NCBI GenBank assembly: GCA_040005235.1
Contig: JBDTZG010000004.1
Coordinates: 1-64,000 of the forward strand
Reading direction: 5' to 3'
DNA length: 64,000 nucleotides
DNA from: Acidobacteriota bacterium
Lineage (GTDB): Bacteria; Acidobacteriota; Thermoanaerobaculia; Multivoradales; UBA5704
Part shown: positions 52,985 through 64,000 of the stretch, in pieces
Position numbering within the stretch: the stretch's first letter is position 1
Layout: the number at the start of each line of letters is the position of its first letter
Position numbers and translations under genes: made by a program
Notes under the pieces: model-generated
What the model saw: only the letters and a program-made list of their open reading frames with translations
Database searches by the model: none
What the model was told of the DNA's origin: nothing

Positions 52985-53833
52985 TTACCTATGGTCCCGG
53001 TCTGAAGTATTACCTATGAACCCAGTCTGTACCGTACCAAACCCAACCCCCACCCGCCCCACCTCCCCTTTTTCAACCGTAACCACCGCTTCCCTCACCC
53101 CCAGCGTCTCGTGCCAGACCCCGACCGTATAGGTCCCCGGCGGCACATCCCCAATCGAAAACTTCCCATCCGGTCCCGTCACCGCGAAATACGGGTGATC
53201 CAGCACTCCCACGTAAGCGGTCATCCAGGGGTGGACGTTGCAGTGGAGGGTGACCATGACCTCCGGTTTTTCGAAGGTCTTCTCGAAGCTCATTCCGGCT
53301 TGGGGGAGGCCTCGGTTGAATTGGGGGTTGGCTTGCGTCTGGGCGAAGACGTTGTGGATGGTCGGGTCGCTGTTTTTGAAGAGGAGGGTTTGGCCGGCGC
53401 GGAGGCCGAGGATGTGAGGGCGGTAGGCGCAGCCGTTCTGGTCGATTTCGGCATTTTCGGTGGGGGTTGGGTAGGTGCGGGGCGCCAGGCCGGCTTTGAT
53501 GTAGACGAAGACGTTGCCGAGGTGGCCGGCTCCGTCTCCCACGATTTTTTCGGTTTCTAAGGGTCCGGTGTGGAGCTTGGCGCAGGTGGGGTCGGCGGAG
53601 AGGGGGACCGCGACATCCGGGTCCGGGCCGTTGTAGGTGATTTGCCCTTCGATGCGACCGGCGTCGGCGGGGGGGAAGGGGGCGGTTGGTGCGGAGGCTG
53701 TTGGGGTTGGCTTGGAGTCCGGTGGCGGGGAGCCGCAGGCGAATAGGAGAGACAGGCCTAGGGGGCCGAGGAGGATGATGGCGAGGGTGGTGGCCTGGGC
53801 GAGGTGTTGGAGGGTGAGGCGGCGGTGGGGCAT
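52985..53833 (-). CDS. Lipoprotein with cupredoxin-like / carboxypeptidase-regulatory-like domains
   Basis: Lipobox LFAC; IDQNGCAYRPH, NSDPTIHNV, CNVHPWM, GTYTVGVWHE. Confidence 0.75.
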   Translation of the reverse strand: MPHRRLTLQHLAQATTLAIILLGPLGLSLLFACGSPPPDSKPTPTASAPTAPFPPADAGRIEGQITYNGPDPDVAVPLSADPTCAKLHTGPLETEKIVGDGAGHLGNVFVYIKAGLAPRTYPTPTENAEIDQNGCAYRPHILGLRAGQTLLFKNSDPTIHNVFAQTQANPQFNRGLPQAGMSFEKTFEKPEVMVTLHCNVHPWMTAYVGVLDHPYFAVTGPDGKFSIGDVPPGTYTVGVWHETLGVREAVVTVEKGEVGRVGVGFGTVQTGFIGNTSDRDHR

Positions 53834-53881
53834 GGGGTGGGGTCTCCTGGAGCCCGCTGGTGTTTGGCAGCGGGTGCTTTT

Positions 53882-53979
53882 CCTGGGCTCGCCAGGCTCC
53901 AGCCTGGCGTTTTTCGCAGTTTGGGAATGGCCCGGTGGCTCGAACCCAAGGCGTCAGGCTGGAGCCTGGCGAGCCCAGG
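53882..53979. repeat. REPIN-like 25-bp perfect inverted repeat
   Basis: CCTGGGCTCGCCAGGCTCCAGCCTG (53882-53906) and CAGGCTGGAGCCTGGCGAGCCCAGG (53955-53979). Confidence 0.85.
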
Positions 53980-54242
53980 CGGGTAGTTGTGGCGGTTCCC
54001 CTTTTGGGGTGTCATTATAGGTGGCACAGTGCCGACCTTAGGTCCGGTTTTATAGAGTTGACGCCCGGCAAAGGCGTTGCAGGAGAGGCGGAAGCCGGCG
54101 CCTTGCGGGAATCGGATTCGTGCTGCTAGGATGCTTGTGACGAATTTCACAAGGCCCAGCCACCGAGCATGACCCTGGGAGGGGGGGTGCTCACTTGCGG
54201 CTGGGCTTTGAGCTGGGTACCGCCGTAGCCCCGGGGGACGAG

Positions 54243-54893
54243 ATGGCGCAGATCTTCCACCGCAGCACGAACACGATCGCCAAAGTGAGCCTCTTTGGGG
54301 GAGTGATCTTCGTGGGCCTGTTCTTCTGGGTCTATTCGAGTCTCCTCGATTCCGGTTACGGCACGCAGCAGGGGGTCGTCCGGGAGCAGCCCGTGCCGTT
54401 CAGTCACGAGCACCACGTGGCCGGGCTGGGGCTCGACTGTCGGTATTGCCACTTCTCGGTCGAGAAATCGGCGAACGCGGGCATTCCTCCCACCCAGGTC
54501 TGCATGAATTGCCATCGATACATCTGGACCAACGCCGAGCTGCTCGCCCCGGTGCGCGAGAGCTTCGCCAAGAACCAGCCGCTGCGGTGGACCAAGGTGC
54601 ACGACCTGCCCGACTACGTCTACTTCAATCACAGCATCCACGTCGCCAAAGGGATCGGCTGCGCCTCGTGCCACGGCCGGGTCGATCAGATGGCGCTGAT
54701 GCGGCAGAACGCGCCGCTCACCATGTCGTGGTGCGTCGATTGCCACCGCAACCCGGAAAAGAACATCCGCCCGCGCTCCGAGGTCTTCAACATGGCCTGG
54801 GTTCGGCCGCCGCATTTCGGCGCGGAGGCGGCGAAGCTGATCCAGGAATACGACGTCAAGCCTCAGACGACCTGCTCGACCTGCCATCGGTAA
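54243..54893 (+). CDS. actA: ACIII ActA pentaheme cytochrome c
   Basis: MAQIF start, one TM helix, five CxxCH motifs. Confidence 0.92.
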   Translation: MAQIFHRSTNTIAKVSLFGGVIFVGLFFWVYSSLLDSGYGTQQGVVREQPVPFSHEHHVAGLGLDCRYCHFSVEKSANAGIPPTQVCMNCHRYIWTNAELLAPVRESFAKNQPLRWTKVHDLPDYVYFNHSIHVAKGIGCASCHGRVDQMALMRQNAPLTMSWCVDCHRNPEKNIRPRSEVFNMAWVRPPHFGAEAAKLIQEYDVKPQTTCSTCHR

Positions 54894-54914
54894 GGTCGGA
54901 GAGGAACTTTCGAC

Positions 54915-57900
54915 GTGAGAGACGAGATCCTTAGCGCTATGGAACTTCCAGACGGTCTGCCCGCCTTAAGCGAGGCGCCGATTCCCGGCCTTGGGCCGGA
55001 GCCCGCGGCTTCCGGGCCGATCGATTTGGCGGCGGTTCGAGAGCATCTGGGTGCCCAAGACCGGCAGGGCGCGCCGCTCTGGCGGAGCCTCGACGAGTTG
55101 GCCGCGACGCCGACGTTTCAAGACTGGCTGCACCGCGAATTTCCGCGCCAGGCCTCGGAATGGCTGGAGAATCCGGCGGACGGTCTCTCCCGGCGCAATT
55201 TTCTCCAGCTGTCCGGCGCGTCGTTGGCGCTCGCCGGTCTTGCCGGATGTACCAAGCAGCCGGTCGAAAAAGTCGTGCCTTACGTCAACATGCCGGAGGG
55301 GATGATTCCCGGCCGGCCGATGTACTTCGCGACCACGATCACCCAGGGGGGCTACGGCGTCGGCGTGATCGCCGAGAGCCACGAGGGCCGGCCGACCAAG
55401 CTCGAAGGCAACGCCGATCACCCTTCGAGCCTCGGCTCGACCGATGCCCGCACCCAGGCGGCGATCATCGGTCTGTACGACCCGGCCCGGTCGACCACCA
55501 TCCGCTACATCCAGCAGACGCGGAGCTGGAGCGATTTCACCGGCGCGATCGTGGCTGAAATCCGGGCGCTCGAAGCGCTCCAGGGCGAGGGGCTGCGGTT
55601 CATTTCGGGCGCCACCACCTCGCCGACGTTCGCCACCCAGATGACCGCGATCCTCGCCCGCTTCCCGCAGGCCAAGTGGCATCGCTGGGAACCGGCCGCC
55701 CCGCATGCGGCCCGGGCGGCGGCGATCGCGTCTTTCGGCAGTCCGCAAGAGACGGTCTACGACTTTACGAAAGCGAAAGTCGTCCTTTCGCTGGGCGCCG
55801 ATTTCCTGACCCAGGGTCCCTCGAGCATCCGCTACGCGCGCGATTTTTCCCAAGGTCGCCGGCCGCGCAGCGAACGGCTCGAAATGAACCGCTACTACGC
55901 GGTCGAGAGCTCGCCGACCGCCAGCTCGACGATCGCCGACCACCGGATGATCCTGGCCCCGGCGGAGCTTGAAGCGTTCGCGCTCGGCGTCGCTGCGGGA
56001 GTGGGAGCGGCGGGGGTTTCCGCGGCCACGGTGCCCGACAAGGCGAAAGCCTTCCTCGATGCGGCGGTCGCCGACTTGAAGGCCAACGCCGGGGCGAGCG
56101 CGGTGATCGCCGACCCTTACGGCTCGGTCGAAATGCAGGTCTTGGCGCATGTGATCAACTTGGGCCTGGGAAACGTCGGGCAAACCGTCTCCTACCCGCC
56201 CGTCCTCGAAGTCGATCCGATCGATCACGTGGCCTCGATCGTCGAGCTGGGCCGCGACCTCGCCGCGGGCAGAGTCGAGATGCTCGTGGTGCTCGGCTCG
56301 AACCCGGTCTATGACGCTCCCGCCGAGCTCAAATTCGGCGAGGCGATCAAGAAGGCGAAGAGCCGCGTTCATTGGGGTCTTCACGACGACGAGACCGGCG
56401 AGCTGTGCCAGTGGCACATCACCGGCACCCACGAGCTGGAGAGCTGGGGCGACGCGCTCGCTCACGACGGGACGGCTTCGCTGATCCAGCCGCTGGTCGA
56501 GCCGCTCTATGGCGGCAAGTCGGCCATCGAGTTCCTCGGCGTGTTCCAAGACAAGCTCGAAGCCTCGGGGTACGACCTGGTGCATGAGACCTGGGCCGCG
56601 CGGCTTGGCGGCGCGGGCGATCCGGAAAAGGCCTTTCGCAAGGCGATCCACGATGGTGTGATTCCGCCGACTGCGACCACCGCGACCCCTGCCGGAAGCT
56701 CCGGGGCTTTTTCGGCCGCCGCGGCGGGCACTGCGGCCCAGGCGATCGCCGGCCGGGCTGCCGGAACGCCCGGAGGGAAAGCCTCCGCGAGCGCGCTGCC
56801 GCTCCTGTTCCGGCCCGATCCGACGCTTGGGGACGGCAGCCTCGCCACCAACGCTTGGCTTCAGGAGCTGCCGAAGCCGATCACCAAGCTGGTCTGGGAC
56901 AACGGTCTGATCGTCTCGCCCAGGACCGCGCAGGATCTTGGGCTCGCGATGGAAGGCAAGGCCGAGATCGACCTGGCCGGCCGCAAGCTCGAAGTGGGCG
57001 TCTGGGTCCAGCCGGGGCACGCCGACGGTTGCGCGACTCTTCATTTAGGTCACGGCCGGTGGACCGCCGGACCGCTCGGCAGCGGCCACGGATTCAACGC
57101 CTACAAGCTGCGCGGCAGCGATTCGCTTGGGTCCGCGGTCGTGGCGGTCAAGCCGTTGCCCGGCCGTTATGTGTTCGCCAACACCCAGAACCATCACCTG
57201 CTCGAAAGCGGCGCCGACGAGTACAAGACGGCGACCGAAGAGGTGAAGATCCGCCAGCCGGTCAAGGCTCTCACGCTGGCCGAATTCGCGGCGATGCATG
57301 CCGGCGATCACGTCGGGAAGAAGGAAGGCGGGCACGGCGGCGAAGAAGAGAAGCCCGCGACGCTCTTCCCGCAGACTTGGGAATACAACGGTCACGCCTG
57401 GGGGATGTCGATCGACCTTTCGGCCTGCACCGGTTGCGTCGCTTGCGTGATCGCCTGCCAGGCGGAGAACAACATCCCGATCGTCGGCAAGGAACAGGTG
57501 ATCAAGGGGCGCGAGATGCACTGGATCCGGATCGACCGCTACTTCGCGGGCGACCTCGACGATCCGCAGCTGATGAACCAGCCGGTCCCCTGCATGCAGT
57601 GCGAGCAGGCGCCGTGCGAGGTGGTCTGTCCGGTCGCGGCGACGGTGCACAGCGAAGAGGGCCTGAACGACATGGTCTACAACCGCTGCGTCGGCACCCG
57701 CTACTGCTCGAACAACTGCCCGTACAAGGTGCGCCGCTTCAACTTCCTGCGCTACTCGAATCACGACGTGCCGGTGCTCAAGCTGGCGATGAACCCCGAC
57801 GTCACGGTGCGCATGCGCGGCGTGATGGAAAAATGCACCTACTGCGTCCAGCGCATTCACGAGGTGCGGATCGACGCCCGGGTCGCCCAGCGGCCGATCA

Positions 57901-58115
57901 AGCCGGGCGAGATCGTCACCGCCTGCCAGCAGGCCTGCCCGACCGAGGCGATCGTCTTCGGCGATCAGAACGATCCGGCCTGGGCGGTCACGCGGGAAAA
58001 AGCCCAGCCGAGCGGGTACACCCTGCTCGAAGAGCTGAACACCCGGCCGCGCACCACCTATCTGGCCAAGATCACCAACCCCAACCCGCAGCTTTCGAGC
58101 GCGGAGAGGAGCTGA
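54915..58115 (+). CDS. actB: ACIII ActB
   Basis: LWRSLDE, SRRNFL TAT motif, 4Fe-4S motifs CTGCVAC and CVGTRYCSNNCPY. Confidence 0.92.
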   Translation: MRDEILSAMELPDGLPALSEAPIPGLGPEPAASGPIDLAAVREHLGAQDRQGAPLWRSLDELAATPTFQDWLHREFPRQASEWLENPADGLSRRNFLQLSGASLALAGLAGCTKQPVEKVVPYVNMPEGMIPGRPMYFATTITQGGYGVGVIAESHEGRPTKLEGNADHPSSLGSTDARTQAAIIGLYDPARSTTIRYIQQTRSWSDFTGAIVAEIRALEALQGEGLRFISGATTSPTFATQMTAILARFPQAKWHRWEPAAPHAARAAAIASFGSPQETVYDFTKAKVVLSLGADFLTQGPSSIRYARDFSQGRRPRSERLEMNRYYAVESSPTASSTIADHRMILAPAELEAFALGVAAGVGAAGVSAATVPDKAKAFLDAAVADLKANAGASAVIADPYGSVEMQVLAHVINLGLGNVGQTVSYPPVLEVDPIDHVASIVELGRDLAAGRVEMLVVLGSNPVYDAPAELKFGEAIKKAKSRVHWGLHDDETGELCQWHITGTHELESWGDALAHDGTASLIQPLVEPLYGGKSAIEFLGVFQDKLEASGYDLVHETWAARLGGAGDPEKAFRKAIHDGVIPPTATTATPAGSSGAFSAAAAGTAAQAIAGRAAGTPGGKASASALPLLFRPDPTLGDGSLATNAWLQELPKPITKLVWDNGLIVSPRTAQDLGLAMEGKAEIDLAGRKLEVGVWVQPGHADGCATLHLGHGRWTAGPLGSGHGFNAYKLRGSDSLGSAVVAVKPLPGRYVFANTQNHHLLESGADEYKTATEEVKIRQPVKALTLAEFAAMHAGDHVGKKEGGHGGEEEKPATLFPQTWEYNGHAWGMSIDLSACTGCVACVIACQAENNIPIVGKEQVIKGREMHWIRIDRYFAGDLDDPQLMNQPVPCMQCEQAPCEVVCPVAATVHSEEGLNDMVYNRCVGTRYCSNNCPYKVRRFNFLRYSNHDVPVLKLAMNPDVTVRMRGVMEKCTYCVQRIHEVRIDARVAQRPIKPGEIVTACQQACPTEAIVFGDQNDPAWAVTREKAQPSGYTLLEELNTRPRTTYLAKITNPNPQLSSAERS

Positions 58116-58118
58116 GGC

Positions 58119-59527
<1,409 letters not shown>

Positions 59528-59531
<4 letters not shown>

Positions 59532-60085
59532 GCGCTTCCGTCGCCGGCCCTCCCGTCGGTCCGTGGGGCCTGATGGCCGAGTTCCCGGACCCGAAAAGCT
59601 TGGCCCAAGCAGCGCGCCGGACCCACGACGCCGGATATCGCAGAGTCGAGGCCTATACGCCCTTTCCAGTCGAAGAGGTGATGGAGGCGCTCGACCATCA
59701 CCATTCGAAGGTGCCTCTGATGGTGCTGATCGGCGGCATCCTGGGCGGCCTCGGCGGCTTCGGCCTGCAGATGTGGACCAACCTTTCGGCCTATCCGATG
59801 AACATCGGCGGCCGGCCGCTGATCAGCTGGCCGGCGTTCATCATTCCGACGTTCGAATGCACGATCCTCGGAGCCTGCCTCTCCGCGGTGATCGGGATGT
59901 TCGCGTTGAACGGCTTGCCGATGCCCTACCACCCGGTGTTCAACGTGCCGCGGTTCTCCGAGCGCGCTTCGACCGACGGCTATTTCCTGGTCATCGAAGC
60001 GGCCGACCCGAAGTTCGATCGCAGCGGCACGGAGATCTTCCTTCAGGACCTGAATCCCAGCGAGGTGTCCGAGGTTGAGCCCTAA
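59528..60085 (+). CDS. actD: ACIII ActD (DUF3341)
   Basis: AYTPFPVE, YPMNIGGRP, PAFIIPTFE. Confidence 0.9.
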
Positions 60086-60797
60086 ACCGATGAGCACCCC
60101 GAGGGTTTCCCCGGCCGCGCAGGCCGGCCGAGTCGCGAGGTTCACCACCCTGGCGGCCGGCCTGTTGCTTCTGCCGCCGCTGGCCGGCTGCCGCCAGAAC
60201 ATGCACGACCAGGCCAAGGCGAAGACCTACCGCGAGAGCGACTTCTTCGCCGACGGCGTCGAAGCGCGGCCGCTGCCGGCGCACACCGTGGCGCGCGGGC
60301 AATTGCGCGACGACGCCGTGTTCTATACCGGCCTTTCGGACGAGGGAGAACTCGCGACCGTGCCGCCGATGCCCGTGGGTCGCGACCTGCTGGTCCGCGG
60401 CCAGGAGCGGTTCAACGTCTATTGCTCGCCCTGCCACGGCCGGTTGGGCGACGGCCACGGCATGATCGTCCAGCGCGGATTCAAGCAGCCGGTGTCGTTT
60501 CACGACGAACGGCTGCGCAATTCGCCGCTCGGCTACTTCGTCAACAACATGACCGAGGGCTTCGGCCAGATGCCGAGCTACGCGGCGCAGATTCCACCGG
60601 CCGACCGCTGGGCGATCGCCTCCTATATTCGGGTTCTCCAGTACGCCGAAAACGCACAGGTCGCGGATCTCGACCCGGCGGAAAAGCAGAAGCTCGACGA
60701 AGCTTGGAAGGCGCTCGAAGCGGCGCAGGCTCCGAAGCAGGGCGCTGAGCCCGGTTCGGAGCATGAGGCGACCGAAGGCGAAGGGAGCGCACACTGA
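60075..60797 (+). CDS. actE: ACIII ActE lipoprotein cytochrome c
   Basis: LAGC lipobox, QNMHDQ, CSPCH. Confidence 0.9.
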   Translation: MSPKPMSTPRVSPAAQAGRVARFTTLAAGLLLLPPLAGCRQNMHDQAKAKTYRESDFFADGVEARPLPAHTVARGQLRDDAVFYTGLSDEGELATVPPMPVGRDLLVRGQERFNVYCSPCHGRLGDGHGMIVQRGFKQPVSFHDERLRNSPLGYFVNNMTEGFGQMPSYAAQIPPADRWAIASYIRVLQYAENAQVADLDPAEKQKLDEAWKALEAAQAPKQGAEPGSEHEATEGEGSAH

Positions 60798-60798
60798 C

Positions 60799-62004
60799 AT
60801 GAGCTCGACCCCCGAAACCTCGCGCCCGCTGCTCTTGGAGGCGGCCACCTTCGCGCCGCCGAAAGACATCGCCGGGGTGAAATCCAAGGCGCTGATCGCC
60901 GGCGCGATCGGCTTGGTTCTCACCGCGATCGGCTTTTTCGTCAACCGGCCGGTGTTTTTCCGCGCCTATCTGCTCGCATGGGTCTTCTGCGTGGCGATCG
61001 CCCTCGGCTCGCTCGCGCTGTCGATGGTTCACCATCTGTCGCGGGGCGCCTGGGGCATCATGGCGCGGCGGATCTGGGAGGCCGCGGCCCGCACCCTGCC
61101 CCTCCTGCTCCTCCTCTCCCTGCCGTTGATGCTCGGCATGAAGGAGCTGTACGAATGGGCGCGGCCGGAAGCGGCGCACGATCCCATCCTGGTCGAAAAG
61201 TCGAGCTACCTGAATCCGACGTTCTTCTGGATTCGCCTGGTCGCCTACTTCCTGATCTGGATGCTTCTCGCCTGGCGGCTCGATCGTTTGTCGGTCGCCC
61301 AAGACCGCCGGGCCGATCCCGACCTGTTCCGCCGCATGCAACGGATCGCCGCGCCCGGCCTGGTGATCTACTGCCTGGTCTCGACGTTTGCCGCGGTCGA
61401 TTGGCTGATGTCGATCGAACCGCATTGGTTTTCGACCATCTACGGCGTCTACTTCTTCGGCGGCCATGCACTCTCCGCGATGGCGTTCCTGATCCTGGTG
61501 ACGCGCTGGCTCGCGAACCGCCCGCCGATGAACGAGCTGTTCAACCCGAACCATTTTCATGACTACGGCAAGTTGCTGTTCGCCTTCACCATGCTCTGGG
61601 CCTACTTTTCGTTCTCCCAGTTCCTGATCATCTGGTCGGGCAACCTGCCGGAAGAAACCTCGTGGTACGACCACCGCATCGCTCATGGCTGGGGTCCGCT
61701 CGCGCTCTTCGTCGCCCTTTGCCACTTCTTCGTGCCGTTCGGCCTGCTCCTATCCCGCGGCTTGAAGCGGCGACCGAAGGCGCTCGCCGCGGTGGCGGTC
61801 TGGATGCTGGTGATGCGCTACTTCGACTTCTTCTGGCAGGTCGAGCCGAGCTACCATCCGAACGGTCTCTATTTCCATTGGCTGTTCCCCGCGGCTCTCG
61901 TCGGCGTCTTCGGTCTCTGGCTCTGGGCGTTCCTGGGCCAGTTGCAGAAGCGTCCGCTGGTGCCGATCCATGAGCCGTATCTCTCGGAGGCTCTTCGCTC
62001 ATGA
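60799..62004 (+). CDS. actF: ACIII ActF
   Basis: DWLMSIEPHWFSTIYG, HDYGKLLFAF, QFLIIWSGNLPEE. Confidence 0.9.
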   Translation: MSSTPETSRPLLLEAATFAPPKDIAGVKSKALIAGAIGLVLTAIGFFVNRPVFFRAYLLAWVFCVAIALGSLALSMVHHLSRGAWGIMARRIWEAAARTLPLLLLLSLPLMLGMKELYEWARPEAAHDPILVEKSSYLNPTFFWIRLVAYFLIWMLLAWRLDRLSVAQDRRADPDLFRRMQRIAAPGLVIYCLVSTFAAVDWLMSIEPHWFSTIYGVYFFGGHALSAMAFLILVTRWLANRPPMNELFNPNHFHDYGKLLFAFTMLWAYFSFSQFLIIWSGNLPEETSWYDHRIAHGWGPLALFVALCHFFVPFGLLLSRGLKRRPKALAAVAVWMLVMRYFDFFWQVEPSYHPNGLYFHWLFPAALVGVFGLWLWAFLGQLQKRPLVPIHEPYLSEALRS

Positions 62005-62498
62005 CCAACCCGCACGGGCATTCGACCGATCCGTCCGGCGAGGCCACGGACAGCGAGCTGAACGTCAAGGCGATCGTCTACGCCGGGGTCGGAACCGTCG
62101 TCGTGACGCTCGTTTCGATGATCCTGGTCTTCTGGATGTTCCAAGGTTTCAAGAAGCTGGAGGACCGGGAAGACCCGAAGCCCTCCGCGCTCCCCGAAGC
62201 GGCGGAAAGGCAAGTGCCCCCCTCGCCGCGGCTGGAGCTCTCGCCGCCGGAGAACCTCAAAGAGCTGCGCGAGAGCGAGGCGACGGTGCTCGACGCCCCG
62301 TCGTGGATCGATCAGGCCCAGGGCAAAGTCCGTTTGCCGATCGATCTCGCGCTCGACGTCGTCGCGCGCCGCGGTCTGGGCGAGGCGCCGTCCGCCGAAG
62401 CCGCTCCGACCCCGGCGGAGACCCCCGCGGCGCCTGGCACCACGCCGGCGGCCGCCGATTCCACCGCTGCCGCCCCGCCGGCCGGAGGCGCGCATTGA
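62001..62498 (+). CDS. ActG-like single-TM subunit
   Basis: One TM helix, PPSPRLE, WIDQAQGKVRLPI; position after actF. Confidence 0.7.
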   Translation: MTNPHGHSTDPSGEATDSELNVKAIVYAGVGTVVVTLVSMILVFWMFQGFKKLEDREDPKPSALPEAAERQVPPSPRLELSPPENLKELRESEATVLDAPSWIDQAQGKVRLPIDLALDVVARRGLGEAPSAEAAPTPAETPAAPGTTPAAADSTAAAPPAGGAH

Positions 62499-63355
62499 GC
62501 CATTCCCGGCCAATTGCGAAGCCTGCGGCGCGTGCGGTGCGGATCGCCCTGCTCGCTCTACTTGCAGCGGGCGGCTCGGCGTCGGCGGGCCGGGCGCAGC
62601 TTTCGCCGCCCCCTCCCACCCAGCTGCCGCCGCAGCTCACCGGCGTGGGCTACGACCAGCGCCTGGGCGACCGGCTGCCGCTCTCGCTCGCGTTCAAAGA
62701 CGAGGCGGGCAAGGCGGTCCATCTGGGCGAATACTTTCAGAAGCGACCGGTGGTCTTCGCGCTCGCCTATTACAGCTGCCCGATGCTCTGCACCGTGGTG
62801 CTCGACGACCTCGCCTCGACGCTCAAAGCGGTGGGTCTCACTCCGGGCAAGGATTTCGACATCGTGGTCGCTAGCTTCGACCCGCGCGACACGCCGGGGG
62901 CGGCGGCCGAGACCAAGAACAAGGTGGTCGCCCGCTACGGCGACGAGGCGACGGCGCCGGCCTGGCACTTCCTCTCCGGCGACGAGGCATCGATCCGCCA
63001 GCTCACCCGCGCGGTCGGCTTCCGATATCAATGGGACGAGAAGACCCGGCAGTTCGCCCACGCGGCGGGGGTGATCGTGCTGACGCCCCAAGGCCAGATC
63101 TCGCGCTACTTTTACGGCATCGACTACCCCCCGCGCGACGTTCGGCTCGGCCTGGTCGAGGCGGCGTCGCTGCGGATTGGCACGGTGTCCGATCGCCTAT
63201 TGTTGTTCTGCTTTCACTACGATCCGGCCGTGGGCAAATACAGCGCCGCGACCTTCAACATCCTCCGCGTAGCAGCTGCGCTGACCCTCCTCGGCCTGGT
63301 GTCGATGATCGTCATCCTGCGGCGGCGGGAGATCAACTCGCTGAGGGCTGCGTGA
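62495..63355 (+). CDS. SCO-family protein
   Basis: YYSCPMLC, SFDPRDT, QFAHAAG; start approximate. Confidence 0.85.
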   Translation: MSHSRPIAKPAARAVRIALLALLAAGGSASAGRAQLSPPPPTQLPPQLTGVGYDQRLGDRLPLSLAFKDEAGKAVHLGEYFQKRPVVFALAYYSCPMLCTVVLDDLASTLKAVGLTPGKDFDIVVASFDPRDTPGAAAETKNKVVARYGDEATAPAWHFLSGDEASIRQLTRAVGFRYQWDEKTRQFAHAAGVIVLTPQGQISRYFYGIDYPPRDVRLGLVEAASLRIGTVSDRLLLFCFHYDPAVGKYSAATFNILRVAAALTLLGLVSMIVILRRREINSLRAA

Positions 63356-63357
63356 CC

Positions 63358-64000
63358 ATGCGGAGCGAGCTCCAACTCTTTCCCGATGCGGCGTCGAGCC
63401 TGGCCGGCCAGGTCGACGGCCTCTATCTCGTGTGGGCGGCGGTCAGCGTCTTCTTCTCGCTCCTGATCGCGGTGTTGCTGGTCTTCTTCTTCGTCAAATA
63501 CAAGCGCCGCAACGAAGACGACATCGGCCAAGAAGAGCGCGAGGCGCCGCTGCTCGAGATCGCCTGGTCGGTGATCCCGTTGCTCATCTGCCTGGTGATG
63601 TTCGTTTGGGGCACGCGCGTCTTTTTCGACATCTACCGGCCCCCCGGAAACGCCCAGGAATACTTCGCGGTCGGCAAGCAGTGGATGTGGAAGTTCCAGC
63701 ATCCGGAAGGGGTGCGGGAGATCAACGACCTCCACGTGCCGGTCGGCCAGGCGATCAAGGTGACGATGACCTCGGAGGACGTGATCCACAGCCTCTACGT
63801 GCCGGCGTTCCGCACCAAGCAGGACGCGGTGCCCGGGCGCTACACGACGCTCTGGTTCAAGGCGACCAAGGCGGGGACCTACCACTTGTTTTGCGCCGAG
63901 TACTGCGGCACCGAGCATTCCAGGATGATCGGCCACCTGATCGCGATGGAACCGCGCGATTACGAGCAATGGCTCAGCGGCAGCCCGGCGGGGAAGACCC
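63358..64000 (+). CDS. coxB: Cytochrome c oxidase subunit II (runs off the window)
   Basis: LEIAWSVIP, GKQWMW, DVIHS, CAEYCGTEHSRM CuA site. Confidence 0.95.
   Translation, partial: MRSELQLFPDAASSLAGQVDGLYLVWAAVSVFFSLLIAVLLVFFFVKYKRRNEDDIGQEEREAPLLEIAWSVIPLLICLVMFVWGTRVFFDIYRPPGNAQEYFAVGKQWMWKFQHPEGVREINDLHVPVGQAIKVTMTSEDVIHSLYVPAFRTKQDAVPGRYTTLWFKATKAGTYHLFCAEYCGTEHSRMIGHLIAMEPRDYEQWLSGSPAGKT

Overview
GC-rich bacterial window, probably Acidobacteriota (inferred from the ADOP-type permease and the ACIII plus coxB layout). Two housekeeping respiratory blocks alternate with two accessory zones. Block 1 (15.9-34.3 kb) is a non-canonical ACIII-like operon: actA, actB, actE, a cytochrome bd-like subunit I, three cytochromes c, a USP fusion and a GNAT, with hemH, hemY/G, tRNA-Arg(UCG), SCO, ctaB and ctaA beside it. 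Block 2 (54.2-64 kb) is a canonical actABCDEF(G)-SCO-coxB operon. The accessory zones (about 1-15.9 kb and 35.7-54 kb) hold about 15 full or partial copies of one HUH/Y1 (RAYT-like) transposase and a conserved end motif (hairpin followed by GGxTGGCACCT(A/T)TT). Between these lie short cargo units: toxin-antitoxin pairs, orphan antitoxins, truncated toxins, a TIR protein, an ion channel, lanthipeptide-like precursors with a lone LanC, and group II intron remnants. The best candidate for an undescribed system is this integrase-free, HUH-transposase-punctuated gene-capture array. Two 21-bp-phased inverted repeat arrays and three Cys-rich RiPP precursors also stand out. All calls come from reading motifs by eye; no database searches were run.
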